IMG/VR virus record: IMGVR_UViG_3300016484_000593
Location: 1 to 25,675 of that record
DNA length: 25,675 nt
Reading direction: 5' to 3' (one strand)
Origin: a virus
Taxonomy: Duplodnaviria; Caudoviricetes
Under the pieces are notes generated by a model. That model made no database searches. It worked only from the letters and a program-made list of their open reading frames with translations, and was not told the origin of the DNA. Of this stretch, positions 7,138 through 16,002 are shown piece by piece. Numbering within the stretch: the first letter of the stretch is position 1; every line of letters starts with the position of its first letter. Made by a program: the position numbers and the translations under genes.

Positions 7138-7728
7138 ATGTTTACCGACGCATCTCGCAATCTCATGATCGCAGCCGAGGGCACCACGCACCTCAGCCTG
7201 CACTCGGCCTACAGCACCACCGGTGCCAACGAGTTGACCGGCGGCTCGCCCGCCTATGCCCGCAAAGCGGTGACCTACGGTGCCGCCAGCACTGGCAGCA
7301 AGGCGCAGAGCGCCAACGTCACATTCGACGTGCCGGCCGCCGCCGCTGTGCAGTTCGTCGGCCGCTGGACGGCCATCACTGGGGGCACGTTCCTGGGCAT
7401 GACCTCGTGCGGCGGATCGGAAATGGAGTTCGCGGCCGATACCACCGCGGACACCATCACCGCAGCTGCCCACGGCCTGGCCGACACCGACAAGATCGTG
7501 TTTGTTGGCGACACCCCGCCGGCGGGCCTGATCGAGGGCACCGTCTACTACGTGCGCGACGCGACCACCAACACGTTCAAGGTCGCGGCCACGTCCGGCG
7601 GCGTCGCCATCGACCTCACGGGCCTGCCCGGTAAAAAGTGCGTCGTGTCCAAGATCGTGCCGGAAAGCTACGGCGCGCAAGGCACCTACCAGGTCAACAG
7701 CGGCGCGTCGCTGGCCGTCGACGCATAA
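7138..7728 (+). CDS. Virion structural protein, fibre/decoration-like
   Basis: LSLHSA...NELTGGSPAYARKAVT...VTFDVPA type fold with an inserted ITAAAHGL..TDKIVF...GTVYYVR...NTFKVAAT beta domain; RBS AAGGA. Confidence 0.6.
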   Translation: MFTDASRNLMIAAEGTTHLSLHSAYSTTGANELTGGSPAYARKAVTYGAASTGSKAQSANVTFDVPAAAAVQFVGRWTAITGGTFLGMTSCGGSEMEFAADTTADTITAAAHGLADTDKIVFVGDTPPAGLIEGTVYYVRDATTNTFKVAATSGGVAIDLTGLPGKKCVVSKIVPESYGAQGTYQVNSGASLAVDA

Positions 7729-7742
7729 CGGCAGGCTGACCC

Positions 7743-8552
7743 GTGGCTGATACCCACATCAACCGCGTCAAGCAGGCTGTCTCCGGCACGCCGGGTACGG
7801 GCTCGATCACGCTTGCCGCTGCACTTTCTGGCTTTCGCGCTTTGGGTGCAAGCCAGAACGGTCAGACGTTCCCATTCCTGTTCCTTGATGGCACAGCGTG
7901 GGAAATCGCCACTGGCTGCACCTACACGCACTCAGGCACAACACTTTCGCGCGGCACTTTGGAGGATTCGAGCACCGGCTCAAGAATAAGTCTGAGCAGC
8001 GCGGCGGTTTGCATGGTGCTGCCTACGGCGGCTTTCGGCAATCGCTTTGAGTTGGGTCGAGTTCCGACCCTGGCAATTGTTGATGAGTCTTCATCAAACG
8101 ATCCTGGCGGTCCTGCGGTTGTCTACAGCAGCTCCACGTTTCGGATGATGGCATGGGTTGTGAACAAGTGGAAGTCTTTTCCAATGTTGTTTGCGACGAA
8201 CACTTGGGAGGGCGCTCAACGCGGATCTATTACGACGCTGACGCCGAGCGGGGCTATCACAATAGATGCGAATTCGGGCAACTTCTACACCCTAACACCG
8301 AATGCCAATTTTGGTATTGCAAACCCGACCAATTTGGCCGCTGGCCAATCTTTCGTAATTGAGATTACGCAGCCAGCCAGCGGTGGACCGCGGGTTATCA
8401 GCAGCTGGGGCTCATACTTCCGATATGCCGGGGGTCTTTCCACGCTTCCAGCGCTCAGTACGGCAGCGAATGCGGTTGACGTTATAAGCTGCATCGCCTG
8501 GACATCGACGCGCATCCAGATTCTCGGCATTGCCAAGGACATCAAAGCATGA
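7743..8552 (+). CDS. Fibre-like structural protein
   Basis: N-terminal RVKQ...GTGSITL...WEIATG.YT..GT.L.R..SS.G and C-terminal NPTNL.AGQS..I.I.Q...G.R...WGS...LSTAANAVDVI, both common in phage fibre/baseplate proteins. Confidence 0.6.
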   Translation: MADTHINRVKQAVSGTPGTGSITLAAALSGFRALGASQNGQTFPFLFLDGTAWEIATGCTYTHSGTTLSRGTLEDSSTGSRISLSSAAVCMVLPTAAFGNRFELGRVPTLAIVDESSSNDPGGPAVVYSSSTFRMMAWVVNKWKSFPMLFATNTWEGAQRGSITTLTPSGAITIDANSGNFYTLTPNANFGIANPTNLAAGQSFVIEITQPASGGPRVISSWGSYFRYAGGLSTLPALSTAANAVDVISCIAWTSTRIQILGIAKDIKA

Positions 8553-9073
8553 TTCCGGGCGCGCCACTCCCCTGGGTGTCGACCGCCGCAAGTACGTCAT
8601 CTGTCAATGTTGCGCTCGCAGCTAATGGAGCATCAGCAGCGGCGTCTAGTCAGCTCGGCGCAAATTTTCCGGCATCGTCCGCGATTAACGGTTCTCGGAC
8701 GGCGGCCGGCTGGGGTGCAGGGTCTGGTGGTTGGGCATGCGGTACGCCCAATACGTGGCCCGATTGGTTGGAGGTGACGTTTGCAGCATCTAGCACGATC
8801 CAAACAATCAACGTTATCGGGATACCGGATAATTTCGGAGACGCCCCAGAACCCACGCTAAGCATGGTGTCTACGGAATTCCCGCTAACAGATTTTGTCG
8901 TCGAGTATTGGGACGGGTCGGCATGGGCCACTGTTCCGGGCGGGAATGTGACCGGAAATGATAAAGTATGGCGGCAGTTCACATTTAGCCCGATAACGAC
9001 GACAAAGATACGGGCGTATATTACAGCCGGATATGCGTACTCGATTATTTGCGAAATTGAGGCGTGGACATGA
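8549..9073 (+). CDS. Discoidin (F5/8 type C)-like carbohydrate-binding protein
   Basis: NVALAANGASAAASS...SAING...W...PDWLEVTF...DFVVEYWDGSAW...F.PITTTKIR...I.EIEAW. Confidence 0.8.
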   Translation: MIPGAPLPWVSTAASTSSVNVALAANGASAAASSQLGANFPASSAINGSRTAAGWGAGSGGWACGTPNTWPDWLEVTFAASSTIQTINVIGIPDNFGDAPEPTLSMVSTEFPLTDFVVEYWDGSAWATVPGGNVTGNDKVWRQFTFSPITTTKIRAYITAGYAYSIICEIEAWT

Positions 9074-9486
9074 GAGTCATCACAAAATACGTATCCGCTT
9101 CTGGTGCGCAAATATCCGCCGACTGGTGGGCGGCCGATGACGGCACGCGCTACTTAGTCCGCGCACTGTCGGATGAGCAGCGGCAGGCGCTGGGCATCAC
9201 AACCACGACTGAGCAGATTCCAGATCCACCCGCGCCAAGCTTGGAGCAGGTCAAAGCGGCGCGCATCGCGGCGATCAACTTCGAGTGCCGCAGTCGCATC
9301 ACGGCAACTTGGCCGATTGAAAAGCAACTGAGTGCGCTCGCTGGTGTATATGGCCCGACCGAATTGCAGGCGATGACGGATTGGGTAGATGCCCATATCG
9401 CGGCCAGCAACACGGCATCGGATGCCATCGATGCGGCAACAACCACAGCATCAGTGGAGGCGGTCACGGTAGCGTGGCCGGTGTAA
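9070..9486 (+). CDS. Fibre-assembly/DUF4376-like protein
   Basis: SLEQVKAARIAAIN...IDAATT...V.AV...WP ending; ATGA overlap. Confidence 0.6.
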   Translation: MRVITKYVSASGAQISADWWAADDGTRYLVRALSDEQRQALGITTTTEQIPDPPAPSLEQVKAARIAAINFECRSRITATWPIEKQLSALAGVYGPTELQAMTDWVDAHIAASNTASDAIDAATTTASVEAVTVAWPV

Positions 9487-9488
9487 GC

Positions 9489-9692
9489 ATGGCGATCAAT
9501 CACAAGCGCAGCGCTGCTGTAATCGCAGCCAAGGCGGCGGACAAAGCTGAACGTCAAGCTGTGAAAGCGCTGCAAACGGATCTGCAGGCCGTTGTTGATG
9601 GCATCGACGGCACGACCACGCTGGCACAGCTTCGCAACCATGTCAAAGACCTGGCGCGCATCTCGCGGCGCCTGCTGCGCTTGACGGCGTAA
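9489..9692 (+). CDS. Hypothetical helical protein, 67 aa
   Basis: ATG 2 nt after the previous stop; fills the gap to the next gene. Confidence 0.55.
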   Translation: MAINHKRSAAVIAAKAADKAERQAVKALQTDLQAVVDGIDGTTTLAQLRNHVKDLARISRRLLRLTA

Positions 9693-9698
9693 GCGGAT

Positions 9699-10781
9699 AT
9701 GTGGGGCGGCGCACCATGGGGTGATCTGGCGTGGGGCGATGCCCCTGCCAGCGCTGCGCAGTCCGCGGCCGGAACGGTAGCGGCACGAAGCGGCGCCACC
9801 AGCGCGGCGGCCGGTGCCAAAGCATCGCAAGCCTCGGCAGCGTCAAACGCCGCCCCACGATCCGGTAGCGTTGGCAGCAAGGCCGCAGCATCGTCCACCT
9901 CATCGACCGTCAGCGCCAGGTCGTCTGTCACCGGGCAAGCGGCGGCCCTGCCGCAAGGCGTGGCGTCGTCACGCGTGGGTGCCAGGTGCTCAGTCGCTGG
10001 GGGTAAGTCATCCAGTAGCAACGCCTCGACCGCGGTCGGCGTCGCGGCATCGTGCACGGGCGCCAAACTGGCGAGCGCTACCTGGGCTTCCCGTGCCGGT
10101 GTGCGCGGAGGCGCCCCGGGTCGGGTCGCATCCATCCCGCAAGGCATCGCATCGTCGCGCGTCGGCGCTCTTTGCTCAGTCGCCGGCGGCAAAACGGCCG
10201 CCGCCTCTACCGCCAGCACGGCCGGCGCTGCCGCGTCGTGTGTTGGCGGTAAAGCGTCCAGCAGCCTCTGGGCCGCGCACGTTGCAGCTTTGGCCAGCGC
10301 TCCCGGCCAGGCCGCGTCGATACCGCAAGGTTTGGCATCCTCACGCGCTGGCGCGCGGGCCTCGGTCGTCGGCAGCAAGGGCACGGCGGCTGTTGCGTCT
10401 GCATCGGCGGCAACTGCCAGCGCAACGATCGGCGGGAAGCAAGCCGGCAACACATGGTCCACCCGCGCCGGCACGCGAGCCAGCGCGCCCGGCCAAGCTG
10501 CGGCCGTCCCGCAAGGCGTGGCGTCGTCCCGCGTCGGCGCCCGGTGCTCGGTCGCTGGCGGCAAATCGGCCGGCGCCTTCGCGTCTACCCGATGCGCAAG
10601 CACAGCAGCGTCCAGTGGCGCCAAGCAGGCCAGCAGCGCGTGGACATCCCGCTCCGGCGCGCGGTCGGCCGCTCCCGGCCGCATCCCATCCGCCGTGCAA
10701 TTCGTGCCCGGCAATCCCGACGTGTGGCTCATCCCCTACCGCCAGCGCGTCGTCACCATCAACCCGCACCGCAGGGCATGA
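9699..10781 (+). CDS. Ala/Ser/Gly-rich repeat protein, probably fibrous and structural
   Basis: N-terminal MWGGAPWGDLAWGD; PQG.ASSR.GA recurs every 62 aa. Confidence 0.7.
   Translation: MWGGAPWGDLAWGDAPASAAQSAAGTVAARSGATSAAAGAKASQASAASNAAPRSGSVGSKAAASSTSSTVSARSSVTGQAAALPQGVASSRVGARCSVAGGKSSSSNASTAVGVAASCTGAKLASATWASRAGVRGGAPGRVASIPQGIASSRVGALCSVAGGKTAAASTASTAGAAASCVGGKASSSLWAAHVAALASAPGQAASIPQGLASSRAGARASVVGSKGTAAVASASAATASATIGGKQAGNTWSTRAGTRASAPGQAAAVPQGVASSRVGARCSVAGGKSAGAFASTRCASTAASSGAKQASSAWTSRSGARSAAPGRIPSAVQFVPGNPDVWLIPYRQRVVTINPHRRA
9930..10690 (+). repeat. 186-bp degenerate tandem repeat, ~4 copies (bounds approximate)
   Basis: CCGCAAGG at 9951, 10137, 10323 and 10509, an exact 186-bp spacing. 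Confidence 0.9.
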
Positions 10782-11137
10782 GCATGCAGCAACAACTCGT
10801 CAAGCGCTCCGGCGAAACGGTCCTTTGCGACTTCAACTGCCAGCTGCTGCTGGGCCCGTCAGAGTCCATCGAGGGCGCCATCCAGCTATCCGCAGAGGGC
10901 CCCGGCGCGGCTCTCAGCTTTGGCGATGCACAAATCAACAGCGAAGCCGTCACCTATGAATTCAATCGTCAGGTGCCGGCCGGCAAGGTGATCCAGGTGC
11001 TCATCGGTGGCGGCTCCATTCCATCCGGCGCCGCACAAGCCGCATACACCGTGCGCGCCCGCTTTGGCACCACCAACGCCGGCGAAGTGCGGGAAGCCAC
11101 CGCTCGGCTGCTCATCATCGACGAGCCATTCTGCTGA
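10778..11137 (+). CDS. Small beta-rich structural protein (fibre adaptor-like)
   Basis: K..GE....DF....L...ESI...V.I.GG......YTV.....T..G pattern; ATGA overlap. Confidence 0.55.
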   Translation: MSMQQQLVKRSGETVLCDFNCQLLLGPSESIEGAIQLSAEGPGAALSFGDAQINSEAVTYEFNRQVPAGKVIQVLIGGGSIPSGAAQAAYTVRARFGTTNAGEVREATARLLIIDEPFC

Positions 11138-11154
11138 CAGCGCCACCCGCAAAT

Positions 11155-11185
11155 AGTCTCACCCCTGCCTACCCCTGAGACACCC
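11155..11185 (+). promoter_or_regulatory. Putative late-promoter/activator box 2 (GTCTCA-N14-TGAGAC)
   Basis: Near-identical copy of 4862-4892, upstream of the protease-capsid gene. Confidence 0.7.
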
Positions 11186-11204
11186 GCATGCGCATCATCT
11201 GCGC

Positions 11205-13295
11205 ATGCCTGAAATCAGCAGCAGCAACCAAGCCGCCAGCCACACCCGCAGCACCGTCGACCTGCCCGCGCAATTGCGCGAGGCGTCTTTCGTGCCCGGT
11301 TCGTGGAACGCTGAAACCGCATCCTGCACGCTCGTCTGGACCACCGGCGCCCAGCGCCGCGCCTATGACTGGATGTCAGACACCCTGTACGACGAAGAGC
11401 TGCAGGTCGACGCCGACGCCGTCGACATGACTCGCTTCGAAGCCGGCACCGTGCAGGTGCTGGACGGCCACCGCGCATACGGTGGCACCGGCGCCATCCT
11501 CGGCATCGCCGCCCGCGGCTGGGTGGCAGACGGCCAAGGCCATGCCGACATCCGCCTGCGCACCAGCACGCCGCAACTCGCCGCCGTCGCTGCCGATGTC
11601 GGCGCCGGCCTCATCCGCGCCGTCAGCTTCGGCTACTCGGTCCAGCGCTACGAAATCACACCCGCGCACATGCGCACCGACGGCGGCACCGTGCCCCTGT
11701 ACCGCGCCACGCGCTGGACCCCGCAAGAAATCTCGTTCGTGGCCGTCCCGGCCGATCCCCACGCGGGCACCCGCTCGCAGCAAACCGCGCAGGCCAGCAG
11801 CACCGCCAGCCCCTGCGAACTCGTCCGGGCCATCGCCCAACCCCAAGCAACCCTGGAGCACCCCACCATGCCCGCAAACCTGAACCAAGCCGCTGACGAC
11901 CAAACCCGCCAGCAAGCCGCCGCAACGGCCGCCCAGTCCGACACGCAAAGCGTCGCCGTCGCCGTGCTCGACGCCACCGCCTTGGCCGCTGAAGCCGCCA
12001 CCCGCGCCGCCGACATCACCGAGCTCTGCGCCCGCCACGGTGTCGCCGATCTGGCCGCTGGCCTGATCCGCAAGCAATCCACCGTCGACCAGGCCCGCGC
12101 CGCCATCCTGGAGCAAATCGCCGTGCGCGACGCTGCCCAAGGTGGCCACACCAACGTGCGCAGCGTCCGCACCGAGCGCGACGAAACCGAAACCAAGCTG
12201 CGCGGCATGGAAGGCGCCGTCATGCACCGCATGGACAGCCGTGCGCAGCTCGACGACAACGCCCGCCAGTTCCGGGGCCTGAGCCTGCTGGAAATGGGCC
12301 GCGAATACTTGGAGTCGCGCGGCGTCTCCACGCGCGGCATGGACCGCATGCGCCTGGCCTCTGAAATGCTGCACTTCCGCAGCCCCGGCATGCACACCAC
12401 CAGCGACTTTTCAACGCTGATGTCCAACGTGGCCAACAAGCGCCTGCGCGGTGCCTACGAAGAAAACCCCGGCACCTACGCGCTGTGGGCCCGTCGCGCG
12501 CCGAATGCGTCCGACTTCAAGAACATCACCGTCGCGCAAATCTCCGCCATGCCGGACCTGCAGCGCGTGAACGAGCACGGTGAATTCAAGTACGGCGCCA
12601 TGAAAGACGGTGGCGAGGTTTACGCCGTGTTCACCAGCGGCACCATCGTGTCGCTGTCGCGTCAGTCCATCGTCAACGACGACCTGCGCAGCTTCGACCG
12701 CATGGTCGAGGGCTACGGCCGCGCCGCCCGCCGGTTCGAAAACCGCACCGTCTACAGCATCCTGACCGCCAACGCGGCCATGGCCGACGGCGTGGCGCTG
12801 TTCTCCGCCGCATCGGGTGCCCGCCTCCAGGCCAACATTCAGACGGGCGCTGGCTCCGCGCTGCAGCTGTCCAGCCTTGCCGCCGGGCGCACCAGCATGC
12901 GCAAGATGAAAGGCCTGCAAAACGAGGAACTGAACCTGGCGCCGGCCTACCTCATCGTGCCGTCGGACCTGGAGCAAACCGCCTACCAGTTGACAAGCGC
13001 CAACTATGTGCCGGCCACGCCAGCGGCCACCAACGAGTTCCGCAGCGGTGGCCGCACGGCCGTCATGCCAATCGTTGAACCGGTGCTGGACGGCACGTCT
13101 GCCACGCAGTGGTATCTGGCCGCGTCCAGTGGCCAGGTCGACACCGTCGAGTACTGCTACCTCGACGGCGCCGAAGGCCCGGTCATCGAAAGCGAGCCCG
13201 GCTTCGAGGTCGATGGCGTCTCCTACAAGTGCCGCCTCGACTTCGGCGCCAAGGCCATCGACCACCGGGGCCTGCACCGCTCCGCCGGCGCCTAA
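11205..13295 (+). CDS. Fused prohead protease / scaffold / major capsid protein
   Basis: Protease motifs VLDGH, IRAVSFGY and WTPQEISFVAVPAD; Ala-rich linker; capsid motifs HTTSDF, DFK, EHGEFK, SRQSIVNDDL and LDFGAKAIDHRGL. Confidence 0.93.
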   Translation: MPEISSSNQAASHTRSTVDLPAQLREASFVPGSWNAETASCTLVWTTGAQRRAYDWMSDTLYDEELQVDADAVDMTRFEAGTVQVLDGHRAYGGTGAILGIAARGWVADGQGHADIRLRTSTPQLAAVAADVGAGLIRAVSFGYSVQRYEITPAHMRTDGGTVPLYRATRWTPQEISFVAVPADPHAGTRSQQTAQASSTASPCELVRAIAQPQATLEHPTMPANLNQAADDQTRQQAAATAAQSDTQSVAVAVLDATALAAEAATRAADITELCARHGVADLAAGLIRKQSTVDQARAAILEQIAVRDAAQGGHTNVRSVRTERDETETKLRGMEGAVMHRMDSRAQLDDNARQFRGLSLLEMGREYLESRGVSTRGMDRMRLASEMLHFRSPGMHTTSDFSTLMSNVANKRLRGAYEENPGTYALWARRAPNASDFKNITVAQISAMPDLQRVNEHGEFKYGAMKDGGEVYAVFTSGTIVSLSRQSIVNDDLRSFDRMVEGYGRAARRFENRTVYSILTANAAMADGVALFSAASGARLQANIQTGAGSALQLSSLAAGRTSMRKMKGLQNEELNLAPAYLIVPSDLEQTAYQLTSANYVPATPAATNEFRSGGRTAVMPIVEPVLDGTSATQWYLAASSGQVDTVEYCYLDGAEGPVIESEPGFEVDGVSYKCRLDFGAKAIDHRGLHRSAGA

Positions 13296-13301
13296 ACCGC
13301 C

Positions 13302-13353
13302 ACCTGAGCGTCAACCTGAGCGTCAACCTGGGCGGCGCCACGCGGGCCGCCCA
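13302..13353 (+). repeat. 12-bp tandem repeat ACCTGAGCGTCA (x2 plus partial) running into an 8-bp stem hairpin TGGGCGGC/GCCGCCCA
   Basis: Seen directly after the capsid stop; no U-tract follows. Confidence 0.7.
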
Positions 13354-13379
13354 CCTTCACACCACACCCGGAGCACACC

Positions 13380-13712
13380 ATGCGCAATTACGTTCAAGAA
13401 GGCGAATCCATCCAGGTCGCCGCCCCCTACGCCGTCAGCTCGGGCGATGGCGTCCAAGTCGGCACTGCACTGTTCGGCGTCGCCGCCACCACGGCCGCCA
13501 GTGGCGCCGACGTGGTCATCAAGACCAATGGCGTGTTTGACGTCAAGGCCAAGTCCACTGACACGCCCGCCATCGGCGCCAAGCTGTACTGGGACAACAC
13601 CAACAAAGAAATCACCACCACGGCCACCAGCAACCTGCTGTGCGGCATCGCGCTGGTGGCCAAGGCCAGCGGCGACACCACCGTGCGCATGATCCTCGTC
13701 CTGGGCATGTAA
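13380..13712 (+). CDS. DUF2190-family capsid cement/decoration protein
   Basis: MRNYVQEG...APYAVSSGDGVQVG..LFGVA...GVFD...G.KLYWD; follows the capsid gene. Confidence 0.88.
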   Translation: MRNYVQEGESIQVAAPYAVSSGDGVQVGTALFGVAATTAASGADVVIKTNGVFDVKAKSTDTPAIGAKLYWDNTNKEITTTATSNLLCGIALVAKASGDTTVRMILVLGM

Positions 13713-13736
13713 GCGCGCAGTGAAGGGGCATGATGC

Positions 13737-14024
13737 ATGAACTTCGCGGCTGCCATTGACCGGGTCAACCTGGCGTGTGAAACCACGTTCGGTGAATCGG
13801 CCACCCTCAACGGCAGCCCGCTGGTCGGCATTTACCAAGCCCCCTTCGTCGCCAGCTTCGGCCTCAGCACGGCCGATCCCACCTTCCGCACGCGCACGCA
13901 CCAGGCCGCCAACGTGGCCGGCGCCCATGGCGCCACGCTCGTTTGTGCTGCTGGCGCGTTCAAAGTGCGCAGCGCCCAGCCCGACGGCACCGGCTGGTCC
14001 ACCCTGACGCTCGAAGCCGCCTGA
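13737..14024 (+). CDS. Head-tail joining protein (gpFII-like)
   Basis: C-terminal F.V...QPDGTG...LTLE and gene position. Confidence 0.75.
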   Translation: MNFAAAIDRVNLACETTFGESATLNGSPLVGIYQAPFVASFGLSTADPTFRTRTHQAANVAGAHGATLVCAAGAFKVRSAQPDGTGWSTLTLEAA

Positions 14025-14035
14025 CGGGCTCCGCC

Positions 14036-14482
14036 ATGTCCATTACCGCCTTCGACAGCCTCGTCGCCGCCATCATCGCCAAGCTACAGCAAGCCCCCGC
14101 GCTGGCCGCTGGCGTGGTTGACGACGAAACCAACTTCGACGAACTGCCCCCCACCATCGCAGCCGCCCTGCGCGTCACCGTGCTCGACAGCCTGCCGCTG
14201 AATCGCGCCTATGGCAAGGTGCAGTGGCGCAGCACCATCCGCGTGGCCTGCATGGCGCGCAGCGACACCCACAACGCCACCACCGGCCGCGCCAGCTCAC
14301 TGCTGGCCGCTGAGGTGTTCAGCCGCTTGATGGCTGACAACACCCTCGGCGGCAAAGCCCTGCGCGTGGAAGACCCCCGCATCGCGCCGGATGTCAATTT
14401 CTACCTGCAGCGCATCGGCGTGCAGAACCTCGATTTCCCCATCGTGCACGAAACCGGCACGCGGTCCATCCTGGCCGCCTGA
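14036..14482 (+). CDS. Putative tail terminator/completion protein
   Basis: Position before the tail tube; LMADNTLGG motif. Start moved to ATG 14036. Confidence 0.6.
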   Translation: MSITAFDSLVAAIIAKLQQAPALAAGVVDDETNFDELPPTIAAALRVTVLDSLPLNRAYGKVQWRSTIRVACMARSDTHNATTGRASSLLAAEVFSRLMADNTLGGKALRVEDPRIAPDVNFYLQRIGVQNLDFPIVHETGTRSILAA

Positions 14483-14554
14483 CCCCGCGCGACTGACACC
14501 CAAACCGCCAAACCAGACCCCAACACCTACCGCCCAACATCAGGAGCCCGCACC

Positions 14555-15526
14555 ATGTCCGCAGAAAACGCCCAACTCTTCTACGAAGGCGGCCAAAGCG
14601 CCACCGCCATGAGCGCGCTCACTAATAGCGGCGACGCCACCACCTACACCAGCGCCGCCAGCCTGTGGAGCCAGCGCGCCGGCTTCGCGCCCACCGTGCG
14701 GCCTGATGGCCTCATCAGCGGCGGTACGCTGTCCGCCACCGCCACCAACAACCAGGTGGCCGTCACGGCCCTGTCGTGCAACCTGGCCGGCGTCGTCACC
14801 GCTGTGGAAGCTGGCAACGTCACCATCACGCGCCCGTCCACCAACGTTTCCAAAGTCGTCAGCATCACGGTCACCAGTGCCGGCGCCCTGGCCGCCGTGC
14901 TGGGTACAGACGGCGCCACCGTCGCCTTCAGCGAAACCCGCGGCGCCGCGGGCGGCCCGCCGCTCATCCCCGTGGGCAGCATCGAAATCGGCCAGGTCCG
15001 CGTCACCACCAGCGCCGCCGCCGTGGTCACCGCCGCGCAGCTTTTCGCTGTGCCGGGCCTGCACGTCGAGCGCGCCGACGGCCCGCTGTTCGACATCAAC
15101 TATGCCGCCGGCTCCGTCGTGTTTCAGTCGGCCCTGCCGTCCATCCACGCCGGCACGGTGCCCAAGGGTGTCTACGCCTCCTACAGCGCGCCCATCTTCG
15201 CGGCTGTTGCCAAGGCCACCGATTTCGTCATGCCCGAAACCTCCTACAGCGTCACCAGCACGCAAATCTACGGCGGCAACATCGGCAGCACGTCCAGCAC
15301 GCTCAACCAGGGCAGCTTCACCGCGTTCCTGAACGACGGCGTCACCGACCCGCTGGTCACGCTCAAGGGCCAGAACCTGTGGTTCAAGTTCTTCCCCGAT
15401 CGGTACAAGACGCCCTACACCCTGTGCCAGGGCAAACTCGGTATCACCCGCAGCTTCCCGGCCGGTGACGAAATCCAGGCCTCTTGCACCATCAGCGCGG
15501 CCTCGGCCGGCGTCGAGGTCGGCTAA
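14555..15526 (+). CDS. Major tail (tube) protein
   Basis: Strong RBS CAGGAG, beta-rich Thr/Ser/Ala composition, position before chaperones and tape measure. Confidence 0.7.
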   Translation: MSAENAQLFYEGGQSATAMSALTNSGDATTYTSAASLWSQRAGFAPTVRPDGLISGGTLSATATNNQVAVTALSCNLAGVVTAVEAGNVTITRPSTNVSKVVSITVTSAGALAAVLGTDGATVAFSETRGAAGGPPLIPVGSIEIGQVRVTTSAAAVVTAAQLFAVPGLHVERADGPLFDINYAAGSVVFQSALPSIHAGTVPKGVYASYSAPIFAAVAKATDFVMPETSYSVTSTQIYGGNIGSTSSTLNQGSFTAFLNDGVTDPLVTLKGQNLWFKFFPDRYKTPYTLCQGKLGITRSFPAGDEIQASCTISAASAGVEVG

Positions 15527-16002
15527 TGGGGTTTGACCTGGCCAAGTTTGCGCAGGCTGAATTCAAGCCCCGCACGCAAGCCGTCGCCGTCCCCGGCCTG
15601 GCTGCCTTCTTCCCTGAAGGCGAGCCGGCCGAATGGACCGTGCGCGGCCTGGACAGCGCGCAACTCCATGCCGCCATGGAAGCCAAGCAGCGCCAGGCCG
15701 CCGTGCAATCCGTGGTCGACGCCATCGCCTCCAGTGGCGAAAAAGCGCAGGAACTGCGCAAGGCCCTGGGCCTGGCCGGCGACGTGCCCGGCGAAGTCGT
15801 CAAGCGCCTGGAAATGCTGGTCGCCGGCTCCGTCGCCCCGCAGGTGGACATGCCCGCCGCCGTCAAGCTGGCCGGTGCATTCCCCATCGAATTCCTGCTG
15901 CTCACCAACACCATCACCGAGCTGACGGGCAAGGGCTTCGACCTGGTAAAGCCGCACGCCGCCTCGCAGACGACCCCAGCCTCTACACCCACATGCGGCT
16001 GA
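15526..16002 (+). CDS. Tail assembly chaperone (gpG-like)
   Basis: TAATG coupling with the tube gene; lies between tube and tape measure genes. Confidence 0.75.
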   Translation: MGFDLAKFAQAEFKPRTQAVAVPGLAAFFPEGEPAEWTVRGLDSAQLHAAMEAKQRQAAVQSVVDAIASSGEKAQELRKALGLAGDVPGEVVKRLEMLVAGSVAPQVDMPAAVKLAGAFPIEFLLLTNTITELTGKGFDLVKPHAASQTTPASTPTCG

